Shown: in pieces, positions 9,523 to 20,600 of the stretch
How positions within the stretch are numbered: the stretch's first letter is position 1
How the letters are laid out: the number at the start of each line of letters is the position of its first letter
Made by a program: the position numbers and the translations under genes
Notes under the pieces: generated by a model
The model's input: the letters and a program-made list of their open reading frames with translations, nothing else
Databases searched by the model: none
What the model was told of the DNA's origin: nothing
Source of the DNA: a virus
IMG/VR virus record: IMGVR_UViG_3300025853_000043
Strand: one strand, 5' to 3'
Length of the DNA: 64,000 nt

Positions 9523-10695
9523 ATGTCAGAACTACTAGAAAGTCGCTGGCAAGATACAAAAACAGCACTTCTTGAAGGCCTATCAGGCAATAAGAAAGCA
9601 GTAATGGCTTCAACATTAGAAAATACTCGCAAGTATTTGGCTGAAACTGCAACTGCTGGTGCTACATCTGCCGGTAACATCGCAACACTTAACCGTGTTA
9701 TCCTACCAGTGATTAGACGTGTTATGCCAACCGTCATCGCTAATGAAATCGTTGGTGTTCAACCAATGACTGGACCAGTTGGTCAAATTCACACACTACG
9801 TGTTCGCTACAGCGACACAGCAGGCTCAGGCGCAGCAGGCGCAGTAGCTGGTGAAGAAGCACTATCACCATTCAAAATCGCAGAAGCATATTCAGGTAAT
9901 GCTACAACAGCAAAAGCTGATGCAACTGCGGCACTAGAAGGTGCAGCTGGTAACAGACTAAGCATCCAGATCTTGAAACAGACCGTGGAAGCTAAATCAC
10001 GTAAGCTATCAGCACGTTGGACATTTGAAGCGGCACAAGACGCTCAAGCACAACACGGTATCGACGTAGAAGCAGAAATCATGGCTGCACTAGCACAAGA
10101 GATTACTGCAGAAATCGACCAAGAGATTCTAGCATCTCTAAACACACTAGCAGGAACAGGTACAGACACATTTAACCAAGCGGCTGTATCAGGTACTGCA
10201 ACATTCGTTGGTGACGAACATGCTGCACTAGCAGTATTAGTTAACCGCGCAGCAAACCGCATCGCACAGCGTACACGCCGTGGTGCAGGTAACTGGGCTG
10301 TTGTTTCACCAGCAATCCTAACCGTACTACAAAGTGCAACTACATCAGCATTTGCACGTACTACAGAGGGTACATTTGAAGCACCGACAAACACAAAAAT
10401 GGTTGGTACATTGAACAATGCAATGAAAGTATATGTAAACACATATGCAGCAGACGACGATGTACTAGTTGGTTACAAAGGTACTAGCGAATCAGACGCA
10501 GCAGCGTTCTACTGCCCATACATCCCATTGATGAGCAGTGGCGTTGTACTAGATCCGACATCATTCGAACCAGTTGTGAGCTTCATGACACGTTACGGAT
10601 ATGTTGAGCTATCAAACACAGCATCGTCGCTAGGTAACGCAGCTGACTACCTAGAAAAGGTAGAAGTAAACAGCGGAAACCTAAGCTTCAGCTAA
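9523..10695 (+). CDS. gp23: Major capsid protein (T4 gp23-like)
   Basis: GVQPMTGPVGQI, SRKLSARWTFEAAQD, EITAEIDQEI, FYCPYIPL, MTRYGY; probable maturation site LAE|T at residue 41. Confidence 0.97.
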   Translation: MSELLESRWQDTKTALLEGLSGNKKAVMASTLENTRKYLAETATAGATSAGNIATLNRVILPVIRRVMPTVIANEIVGVQPMTGPVGQIHTLRVRYSDTAGSGAAGAVAGEEALSPFKIAEAYSGNATTAKADATAALEGAAGNRLSIQILKQTVEAKSRKLSARWTFEAAQDAQAQHGIDVEAEIMAALAQEITAEIDQEILASLNTLAGTGTDTFNQAAVSGTATFVGDEHAALAVLVNRAANRIAQRTRRGAGNWAVVSPAILTVLQSATTSAFARTTEGTFEAPTNTKMVGTLNNAMKVYVNTYAADDDVLVGYKGTSESDAAAFYCPYIPLMSSGVVLDPTSFEPVVSFMTRYGYVELSNTASSLGNAADYLEKVEVNSGNLSFS

Positions 10696-10715
10696 GTTTA
10701 AACTTATATGATTTT

Positions 10716-10744
10716 AAAATAGGCCCTACGGGGCCTATTTTTTT
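10716..10744 (+). terminator. Intrinsic terminator after MCP
   Basis: aaaataggccc-tacg-gggcctatttt followed by a T run. Confidence 0.9.
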
Positions 10745-10757
10745 GGTATATATTACA

Positions 10758-11597
10758 ATGAAGTTTAATGTTAATAAACATATTGAATATAGAAACAATC
10801 GATTTACCAAAGTATCAATATCTAATCCTAAGTTATTAGGATTAGCTACAATAGAAATTAATCCAACAGAATTATGCAACAGAACTTGTAGTTTTTGTCC
10901 TAGAGTTAATCCTTTATTATATCCAAATCGTAATTTAAATATGACAATAGAAACAGCTCAATTAATTGTTGAACAATTATTAGATGCTGAGTATAATGGA
11001 GATATTAATATTACAGGATTTGGCGAACCATTATTAAATAAAGACATTGTACAAATATGTACTATATTTTCTAAACATTATCATACTGAATTAATAACAA
11101 ACGGCGATAATATTTTAAATGGTAAAATTACTTTACAAGATTTAGAATTCTTAGATTTATTAATTATTGATTGTTACGATGGCAAAGAACAAGTAAAAAA
11201 ATTTAAAAATTTACTTAAAAATAAAAAAAATAAATTTATATTGCGTCCACATTATGACACTGGAGATCCTGCATTAATTAATCAATATGGATTTAACAAC
11301 AGAGGTGGATTATTATACAAAAAATCTAACAGCAATCCTTGTTATATGCCGTCATATAAAGGATTTATAGATTGGAATGGAGATGTAAGACTTTGTTGTA
11401 ATGATTGGAGTAGGAAGCAATTACCATTTGGAAATATACATAATAATACATTTTCAAAAATATGGATGAATAATAATTTTGTAAAATTAAGACAAGAATT
11501 ATACAACGGTAATAGAAATTTTAGTAATGCTTGCGAGACTTGTGATGTATGTGGTACAAAAGTAGGAAAAAATAGTGCTGAATTATTTTTAAGCTAA
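10758..11597 (+). CDS. Radical SAM protein with SPASM/twitch domain
   Basis: CNRTCSFC motif, GFGEPLL, C-terminal C...DWNGDVRLCCND...CETC. ATG at 10758 preferred over the track's TTG at 10743. Confidence 0.88.
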   Translation: MKFNVNKHIEYRNNRFTKVSISNPKLLGLATIEINPTELCNRTCSFCPRVNPLLYPNRNLNMTIETAQLIVEQLLDAEYNGDINITGFGEPLLNKDIVQICTIFSKHYHTELITNGDNILNGKITLQDLEFLDLLIIDCYDGKEQVKKFKNLLKNKKNKFILRPHYDTGDPALINQYGFNNRGGLLYKKSNSNPCYMPSYKGFIDWNGDVRLCCNDWSRKQLPFGNIHNNTFSKIWMNNNFVKLRQELYNGNRNFSNACETCDVCGTKVGKNSAELFLS

Positions 11598-11604
11598 GTA
11601 CATA

Positions 11605-12306
11605 ATGGATATTAGTATTGAAAAAACTCCAAAACAAAAGTTAAGTAAATATGCAATTGATACTGCAAGCGGTATTAGTATTACTCATTTGCCTAACACA
11701 AGTCTTTCAAAGGTAAAAGATGCAGCAATAGAAATTAATGATTTAGCTGGAAGTTCAAAAGCTATGGCACATATTGCTGCACGTAATATACAAAGTGAAA
11801 CTGAACTACATGAAAATTGTATTGCAATGCGCAAAGCAGGTGTTGATAAAGTTTTACTTATTGGAGGCAGTACGTATCATGGAAAAGTTTTTCAAACATT
11901 TTATGAAGTAAGAGATGCTATAGAATCATATGGCTTTGATATGTATTGTGGTGTATATCCACAAAGTGAAACTTACTCTAACATGGCATACACAAAGTAT
12001 TTGCATTTTAAAGGAGGAATAAGTCAACTATGTTTCAATCCTAAAATGTTAAATACTTGGGAAAAGAAGACACGGTACGGTGTTGCAACTAACTGCTCTC
12101 TAGACGGTTTATGGAAATATGCAAAAATTTGTGGAATAACAGATAGTGTTGCTTATGCATTAGGCAATTTAAGAGGATTAACATACGTTACTATGAAAGG
12201 ATTTAACACGGTAAAGTTTGTAAAAGATTTAAGAAATGACAATCCTATACATCTTTATAATTTTGGAAAGTTAGATCAAACACTATTACAATTGGAGATG
12301 ATGTAA
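11605..12306 (+). CDS. Methylenetetrahydrofolate reductase (MetF)-like protein
   Basis: SIEKTPK, ITHLP, AHIAARNI, GVDKVLLIGG, GVYP, ISQLCF, KYAKICG resemble short alphaproteobacterial MTHFR-like flavoproteins. Confidence 0.6.
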   Translation: MDISIEKTPKQKLSKYAIDTASGISITHLPNTSLSKVKDAAIEINDLAGSSKAMAHIAARNIQSETELHENCIAMRKAGVDKVLLIGGSTYHGKVFQTFYEVRDAIESYGFDMYCGVYPQSETYSNMAYTKYLHFKGGISQLCFNPKMLNTWEKKTRYGVATNCSLDGLWKYAKICGITDSVAYALGNLRGLTYVTMKGFNTVKFVKDLRNDNPIHLYNFGKLDQTLLQLEMM

Positions 12307-12503
12307 TGCCAACAGGAACAATTTACAAATATAATAAAAATAGAAAGTTTAGTGTTATTAGACCTGATAACTGGAAAACAGGATTAATTGATGTACTATT
12401 TGAAACAATTACTTTTGATGCAAAACTAGGTGATCGTGTTGAATACGATCAAATACAAATAAAAAGTAAAAGATATGCACAAAATCTTAAAAAAATAGGT
12501 TGA
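12306..12503 (+). CDS. Cold-shock-domain-like OB-fold protein
   Basis: PTGTIYKYNKNRKFSVIRPD...GDRVEY...YAQNL mirrors CSD topology; canonical RNP aromatic residues are degenerate. Confidence 0.55.
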   Translation: MPTGTIYKYNKNRKFSVIRPDNWKTGLIDVLFETITFDAKLGDRVEYDQIQIKSKRYAQNLKKIG

Positions 12504-12528
12504 CCTTTGTGTATTCTTTTGCTATATT
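12500..12528 (+). promoter_or_regulatory. Sigma70 promoter
   Basis: TTGACC-N17-TATATT. Confidence 0.75.
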
Positions 12529-12534
12529 AAGAAC

Positions 12535-12814
12535 ATAACAAAGACGACGGTCCGAGTTAGATAGTGCAAGGAAACGCTGCTTGGTAGAGGCAGTAACTTG
12601 GCTAGTAGTTGTAGTGACAGCGCATGAGCAAGGAGACTTGAAGATGTGTTTTTGGAAGTAACTATCCGATGCTAGGCTTCGCTTTTATGGAAGGATCTAC
12701 AAAGGCGATTGTTGGTAATCCTTAATCCAACCTATCATATATTATTAATCGTAATACGCGATGCTGAACCTCGATTAATAAATTAAAAAGGTCTACTCTG
12801 GTAGGCCTTTTTTT
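12535..12814 (+). ncRNA. Putative ~280-nt structured non-coding RNA, family unknown
   Basis: No ORF of 60 aa or more between the promoter and terminator; several hand-identified stems, a GAGA tetraloop and a possible loop-loop pairing (see findings). Confidence 0.6.
12785..12814 (+). terminator. Intrinsic terminator
   Basis: aaaaaggtctac-tctg-gtaggccttttttt. Confidence 0.85.
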
Positions 12815-12844
12815 GTGAACATAATAACCCATTTTTATGTTTTT

Positions 12845-12852
12845 GATAAATA
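12845..12852 (+). promoter_or_regulatory. Late promoter GATAAATA
   Basis: Recurring motif at the head of the fibre operon. Confidence 0.65.
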
Positions 12853-12944
12853 CTTATGTTAAGGTAACGAGCCTCAACGAGGACTTATGAGGACCCAACC
12901 TCGTAGACCATAGAACGGCAAATGATTAAAAAAAGGAGAAAATC

Positions 12945-13310
12945 ATGGGACGCCCAGTAAACAAAAGAAACTTCGGTACAACCGGTGTAGACGCAACACC
13001 AAAGGTGCCAATTAGATTCCACGACGGATCAAGTTTAATTGAAGGATATATTCTTTCACAAAGAGGAACAAATAAATTTAATTGTTCAAACGACGGTGAC
13101 ACAATCACAAGAGTATGCAGACTTACATCAGACGGTTCAGCACCAAACGCAAATTTCGAATGTCAACTAATTGGTATCGGTGCAGGCGGCGGTGCAATTG
13201 CAATTAAGAAATTGTTCAACAGAACAGCAGTAGATTACAATAACAATCGTTATACATGGACAACAGAAGACGACTCTACAGAATCATTGCTAAGATTAAC
13301 TGCAATTTAA
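12945..13310 (+). CDS. Hypothetical virion-cluster protein
   Basis: 121-aa ORF with AAGGAG SD, first gene of a late operon. Confidence 0.7.
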   Translation: MGRPVNKRNFGTTGVDATPKVPIRFHDGSSLIEGYILSQRGTNKFNCSNDGDTITRVCRLTSDGSAPNANFECQLIGIGAGGGAIAIKKLFNRTAVDYNNNRYTWTTEDDSTESLLRLTAI

Positions 13311-13321
13311 GGAGTTAAACT

Positions 13322-14329
13322 ATGGGTATCTTTGTTAATCGAATAGGTGGTAACTACTACAAATTACAAGTTGATACAGGCGGAGATATTATTCTTGATG
13401 TCGGTACAACGGGTAAAGTTACCATTGACGGTGACTTAGATGTGTTAGGTGAACAAACCAGTGTTGGATCCACTCAACTTGTTGTAGACGATAATACTAT
13501 TACCGTTAACAACGGAGAGACTGGAAATGGTATAACACTAGGAACTGCCGGACTTATTATGGATCGCGGTACTGATGATGATGCTCACTTCTTTTTTGAT
13601 GAATCATTAGTCGGTAAAGGTGCTGAAATTGATGGTGCATTTGTAACAAGAATTGCCACAGGCGATTTAGTTAGCTTATACACCAATGCAATATTAACAA
13701 ACGGCGAGCCACTATATTTGGTAGGTACTGGTACAGGACTTGCAACGGTAACTGGTACAACTGATTATGAAAAACAAATTTGGAATTACACAGGCGATAA
13801 CATTAACTTAGAACCTTTAAATCCAGATGGATTAGTTGCACCTAACGATGACGATGCTTTACTCAATGTAAAAGGTTTACAGGACTATGTCCGAGACTAT
13901 TTTGCAATTAACTTTCAAGAAAAAATTACCACAGGAACTTTAACTCCTACAAGAGTTGAAGCATTTGATACAGAAACTGGTGGAGTTACAAGTAGAGTTG
14001 AAATTAGTGTAGATGATACAATAATTGCAACTTTTTATGAAACTAGAGTAGAATTTGAAAATTTAAGATTTGACGATGACACTATTACTAGTAACGGAAT
14101 CAACGGTGATGTTGTGCTAAGAGCAGCAGGAACTGGATTTATTAAAATGGATGATTACACAAATTATACCATTCAAACAGATCCAGCTAGTCCTCCAACA
14201 GAAGGCACATTATTGTATAGTAAAACATTAGGAGATGGTGGTACAGGTTTGTATTTTAAAAATGAAGACGGGACATCAGACGAATTGGTTAGTAGGAATA
14301 AAGCATTACTTTATAGTATTATATTTTAA
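13322..14329 (+). CDS. Virion structural / fibre-like protein
   Basis: G/T/D-rich beta repeats (VTIDGDLDVLG, VDDNTITVNNGE, GLIMDRGT) typical of fibre shafts. Confidence 0.6.
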   Translation: MGIFVNRIGGNYYKLQVDTGGDIILDVGTTGKVTIDGDLDVLGEQTSVGSTQLVVDDNTITVNNGETGNGITLGTAGLIMDRGTDDDAHFFFDESLVGKGAEIDGAFVTRIATGDLVSLYTNAILTNGEPLYLVGTGTGLATVTGTTDYEKQIWNYTGDNINLEPLNPDGLVAPNDDDALLNVKGLQDYVRDYFAINFQEKITTGTLTPTRVEAFDTETGGVTSRVEISVDDTIIATFYETRVEFENLRFDDDTITSNGINGDVVLRAAGTGFIKMDDYTNYTIQTDPASPPTEGTLLYSKTLGDGGTGLYFKNEDGTSDELVSRNKALLYSIIF

Positions 14330-14340
14330 GGATAAACAAC

Positions 14341-14673
14341 ATGGCAATAGTAAACGCAGCAATAGCAACAACAGATACGACACTACTTACCGTGCCAGCA
14401 GGCAAGAAGTATGCTATCACTACTTTGCTTGTTTGTAATACTGCTACAGATGATGGTACAGGTGCAGGAGACACTAAGTTTGATTGTCACGTCATACCTG
14501 ATGGACAAAGTAAAGCAACAACAAATTTAATCATTAATGATTTAGAAGTTGCAGCAGCAGATACTTTTACGTTTGCAGCTGAAAGATTAATTTTAGAAGA
14601 AGGTGATAGAGTTGTAGTTGTTGGAACAACACCTACAAATTTAAGCGCCACACTTAGTTATTTGGAAGTTTAA
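14341..14673 (+). CDS. Small virion structural protein
   Basis: 110-aa beta-rich ORF (LLTVPAGKKYAITTLLVCN...LILEEGDRV) between fibre genes. Confidence 0.55.
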   Translation: MAIVNAAIATTDTTLLTVPAGKKYAITTLLVCNTATDDGTGAGDTKFDCHVIPDGQSKATTNLIINDLEVAAADTFTFAAERLILEEGDRVVVVGTTPTNLSATLSYLEV

Positions 14674-17600
14674 ATGAGTTTTATTAAGAAGCAGTCATTA
14701 CACAAAAGAAAAGTAGGAGATAAGTCATTTATTCTTACTGCCGACGGCAACATTGAGATGAATCTTGCTGCCGGTAAAACATTTACGGTAGATGCAGATT
14801 TCATAGCAACTGGAGATGTATCAGGTCCAAAAACAGAAAATGTTTTTTATGTTACAAAAGATGGTAGTGATGATAATGACGGCCGAAGTTCTGACGGTAA
14901 AGGTGCATTTGCAACAATTAAAAAAGCAGCTGAAGTAGCACCTTCTGGCTCAACAATCATTGTTGCACCAGGCGATTATTTTGAAGAAAATCCTATTACA
15001 CTTAAAGACTTTGTAACCATTACAGGACAAGGTGAATTACGTAATACAAGATTATTTCCAAAAAATAATACATCAGACTTCTTCTATATGGGTAATGGCT
15101 GTTACTTGTATCAACTTACATTTAGGGCACTTCGTGCGCCAGGATGGTGTGTAAAGATTAGACCAGGTGCATTGGTTACAACATCTCCTTATGTACAAAA
15201 CTGCACAAATATGAACGGTCCTTGGTTAAACGACGGTACTGAATTTATACCGTTTGAAACCGTTCAAATTGAAGGAATTGAACCGGGCGCAAGACCACTA
15301 ACGTTAGCAGATAATCCAAGTCTTCCATTTGACAAACAAGTAAACTTAACCGGTGGCGGTGGCGGGATGTTTGTCGACGGCGACGAATATGATCCAGCAT
15401 CACTTGTGTTTTCATTTGTTGCAGACGCATTTACACAAATTGCTCAAGGTGGTCCAGGATTTGAAGTTACTAACTTTGGTTATACTCAGATTGTTAGTTG
15501 CTTCTCTGTTTTCTGTTCAACAGGATTCAAAACAACAAAAGGCGGCTATTTAAGTATCTCTAACTCGGTATCTGACTTTGGTACATTTGGTTGTGTTGCA
15601 GATGGATTTTATCCAATTGCATATACACAAGCTGTGCCAACTGAAGATTATTTTAGTACCGTTGGTAGTATTACAATCAATCAACCAGGAGTTGGATATA
15701 CCAGCAATCCTACAATTACAATCGAATCCCCAGACGGTGCAGGTGGTGTAACAGCTACCGCTACTGGACAAGTCGACCTTACCACAGGACAATTAGCTGC
15801 TATTACAATCACAAATAATGGTAGTGGATATACATCAGTACCAACCGTTACAATTACAGGCGGTGGCGCAACTATTCAAGCAGAAGGTACCGTAAACTTA
15901 ACAACAAATAGTGTTATATCATTAGCAAGTTTACGAGATAAACCACAAACTGGTAGTATTATAAAATTTGATGACGACGATACATATTACTACATTACAG
16001 CAAACTCAATTACAAAGACGCCATTTAATTATAATGAAGAAACTTGTAAAAGAGATGTAAGACGTATTGTTGATGCTGTAACAGGTGATATTGTTTTAGG
16101 AACATATTATCAAACAACAGCAGCCGCTACTAGCTATTTACGTAGTACATCAACAAAGGTTATTTTAGATCAATTAGAACCTACAATATATGCAATTGAA
16201 GCTGCTAGAGATCAAATGAAAGCAAGAACAACAAATCTTGCAATGAAAGAAGAAATTGATCAGCGTTTTAATATTATTACAACAACTTTAGCAGCAGGTG
16301 ACAGCACTGAAACAGAATTTGTTGGTAGTGACTTTGTAAATGCATTAAATGATATTAATAGTATTGATAATGAAATAATTGAAGCAAAAAATAACATTCT
16401 TGCTAATAGAGATTTTATTATAGAAGAACTTACTGCTTATATTAATGATCAGTTTACAGAACTAAGTTATAACCAAACAAAATATACTAGTGAAATGTCA
16501 GAATTTATTACAAGTATGGCATACTACGTAGGCTTTAATGGAAGCGATCATAAAGTTTTAAGGGCTGCTCGCGAATGGAGCAATAGTAGAGCAAGATTTA
16601 ATGATATGATGATATCTAGCTTTAGATATTTACAACAACGTTTCCTTGCATTATCTGAAGTACAAGCAAGTGCAGTTGCAGTTACAAATGTTAATGAAGC
16701 ATTTGAACAACTTGCAAACATTATTGACGAAGGCGATAGTGCAGGTATTACTACAGAATTTCCGGCAGCAGTTGGTACTAATCAAAATGAAATTGATGCT
16801 AGAGATCAATTAATTGCAAATATGGATTTCTTGAAAGCAGAATTTATTGCATATCTTGATAGCATTAACTCAACTATAAGTTATACTCAAAGTAAGTTTG
16901 AACAAGATGTTGAAAATGCTGTAAATAGTGTAATTTACGATATTATGTACGGAGGTAATACTGCAACTAAAAAAGAAGCTGATTATTACTTCAATAGCGA
17001 AACTTGGAGTTCTAATTATACTCAAGTTGAAAGACAAGCTATTATTGACTCATGGGCAAGAACACGTTTTGCAATGCAACGTATTGTAAGAGGATTGTCA
17101 ATTACTCCAACTACTGGTAATGCGCAAACACAAGATTTTACAAGTGGCACTGCAACTCAAATCGAAGCAAATATTGCTGATAGCTTGATTCAGTATTACG
17201 AAACCGTTTTGACCGATTTAGCATTAACTAATCTACCACTTGATGTTTTACCGTTATACGATGATGAATCTGTATTACAACAAGCAGCAGCAAATACTAT
17301 TTTAGCACAAAGAGATAATTTCATTGAGGATGCAATTGCTTATAATTTAGCAAACAACCCAACTCTAACATATGATGTATCAAAATGTAAAAGAGATGTA
17401 GAATATATTATAGATGCAATATACAGCGATGCACAATTAGGCACAAACCATCGCAGTATTACTGCTGGTTTAGCTTACCAGAGAGCTAATGTTGCTTATT
17501 TGAATACAGAACAAAAACCTGCTACAATTATTGCTATGCGTGAAGCAAAACGTTTGTTAGTTGCAGCGGCAAATGGTAATTCAACATTCCAAACTGATGT

Positions 17601-20600
17601 AAGCAATTTGTTCGATGTAGTGCTTGACATTATTGAATTTAATCAATTACCAAGTGAAGGAACCGTGTATCCTGAACCAGGGCCTGCAAGTACTGAATTA
17701 ATTAATTCAACAAATCAACTAATTGCAAACAAAGATTTTTTAGTAGCTGAAGTTATTGCAAAGATTGCAGTAGATAACTTTGTTTATGATCAAGCAAAGT
17801 GCGAAAGAGATACTGGAATCATACTAGATGGTGTATATTATGATGCAGCATTTGGAACCAATTATAATGCAGTGACAAGCGGTCTTGCATATCAAAGAGG
17901 TAATAGTGCAAAAGTAATTAGTGATCAAATTACAGAAACCGTTGGTGCATTAACATTTGCAAAAGGTGAAGCAGCAACAGCTTTAGTATCTAATACTACC
18001 GCAGTGTCTAGAAGTAATGCAGCATTTGATGAAATTATTGATATTATTCAAAATGGAGCCGAAGGTACAGATCAAGCAGCAGATCCTTTAACGTTTCCTA
18101 ATCCAACAAGTGCAACCGCAGCACAAATTGCTGCAAAAGATCAACTACAGAATAACAGAGACTTCTTAGCAGCGGAAGCAGTATCTTACATTCAAAATAA
18201 CTATCAAAACTTTACTTATAATAGTGAAAAGTGTGAACGTGATGTTGGATTAATCATGGATGCTGTTGCACTTGATGTTGTATTAGGAACAAACTTTAAT
18301 GCAGTTACAGCAGGTTTAGCATATCAACGTGCAAGCAATGACTACTTACAAGACAATCAAAAAATACAAACACTTAGTGCTTTACGTCAACTTAAAAAAG
18401 AAATAGTAGAAATTGGATTAAGTGACGATGCTGAACCATTAGCTGAAGCAGCTATGGACGAAGTTATTGATATTTTAGAAAATGGTGTAATTAGTACTGA
18501 TACAGCCGCGGACGCACTAGTATTTCCTGCACCTAGTAGTCTACCAACTGCAAATGCAGTTGAAGCAAAAGATCAACTTGTTGCAAACAAAGAGTTTATT
18601 AAAGACGAAATAATTGCATGGATTGGTGTAAACTATCCTGCTTTAACATATGATGCAGTAAAATGTGAACGTGATGTTGGATATATTATTGATGCATTAT
18701 GTCATGACATTTTATACGGTGGAAATAGTGCCACTAAAATTGCAGCAGAAAGTTACTTTGTTGGTGCTGCAAGTCAACTAGGATCAGGTCAACAAGCTGC
18801 GACCGTAGCAGCATATCAGAGACTAAAAGATGTTGTTGGTGACGTAGTTATGGAATTATCTGTTGTTAAATCAGCAGGTAATGCGTTAAATCAAGATACT
18901 TCAGGAACACCAGCAAGTTCTACTGAAGCAGATGATGTAGAAGGTTTAGTTCAAATAATTGAAGATGTAATTGCAGCAGGAAACATAAGCGGGTTACCTG
19001 CAACACAATATCCATCTTTAACTTGGGCTGCAAATGATTTACAAGAAGCATATAGTCAAATTAAAGGAAATAAAGAATTTGTACAAGAGCGTATATTAAT
19101 TCATATTGCAAATAATTTCCAAAGTTTTGATTATGATGAAGTAAAATGTCGTAGAGATGTAGGAATTATGATAGAAGCAGTTGCTTATGATGCAGCAATT
19201 GGTACAAATTACAATTCTGTAACAGCAGGTCTAGCCTATCAAAGAGCAAATAGTTCATATGTTTTAAGTGGACAAAACTTACAAACGGTGCTGGCAATTA
19301 GATATCTAAGAGATCAAATTGCAGCTAACGGAACTTTACAAAGTAGTTTTAGAAGTGCTACAACTGCTGGGTTTAATGAAATAATTGATATTATCGAAAA
19401 TGGTGTAGTAAGCACAGATACAGCAGCTGACGCTCTTGTATTTCCAGATCCTGGTATAGATGCAAATCAAGTCAATGCAAAAGATAGAATGATTGCTAAC
19501 AAAGAATATGCAGCAAAAGAAACTTCTGCATTTGTTACAAATAACTATCCAGCGGTAGTTTTTGATAGCACAAAATGTGAAAGAGACGTAAAATATATCA
19601 TTGATGCATTATGTTATGATATTATGTATGGCGGCAATCTTGCAACTAAGCAAGCCGCAGAAAGTTACTTTGTTGGTGCTGCAAGTCAGTTAGGTGCTGG
19701 ACAAGCTACCGCTACCGTTGCTGCATACAACGAATTAGCAAACTTGCTATCAGATATTGTTCAAAACATTGCTCATGCAAGTAACGAACAAGTTGTTGTA
19801 ACACAAGACACAAGCGGAAGCGCATCAGATGCAGGTACTGGTGGTGAAATACAAGACTTGTTACAAATAATTGAAGATGTTATTGCAGCAGGAAATATTA
19901 CTAATATTCCAGCAGATTCTAACACTGATATTACTTGGACTAGCGTATTAAATCAAGATAATTTTACTTCATTAGTTGCTACTACAAGTGATTATCAAAA
20001 TTTAGTTATAAACTATATAGAAAGAACATTTACAAGAACATTTACATTTAATGCTACAAAATGTAATAGAGATACCAAGTACATTGTTGATGCTTTAACA
20101 TATGATATTATTTACGGTGGTAATGCTGCAACACTTGATGCTGCTAGAAGCTATTATGTTGGAACAACAAGTCAAGTTACAGGACAACAACAAGAAACAG
20201 CAAATGCTCTTGGATGGATTAAAACTTTATTAGGTGATGTGTTATTAGATGTTGCAGTTGCCGATCCAGAACAAACTGCCGAAACACAAGATGTTACAGC
20301 AGGTGCAGCAAGTGCAACTGAAGTTACTAGAGCAGAAACATTATTACAAATTATTCAAGATGTTATTACTGATGGTTTAGATCAACTGCCAACAGAAACA
20401 TTCCCTTCTACAGGGTGGATTTCTGCAGGAATTCAAACTGCAATTGATAACTTAGTAAGTGAAAAAACAACAATTGTTAATGATACTATAAGTTACATTG
20501 AAACAACATATAATGGCTTCAGTTATGATATTGATAAGTGTTCAAGAGATACAGGATACATTATTGATGCTGTTACACACGATTTACTTTATCAAGGCAA

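Noticed and set aside
12535-12814. tRNA, tmRNA or RNase P identity for the intergenic RNA
   Set aside because: No T-loop GTTCRA, CCA end, tag-peptide frame or RNase P P4 motif recognised.
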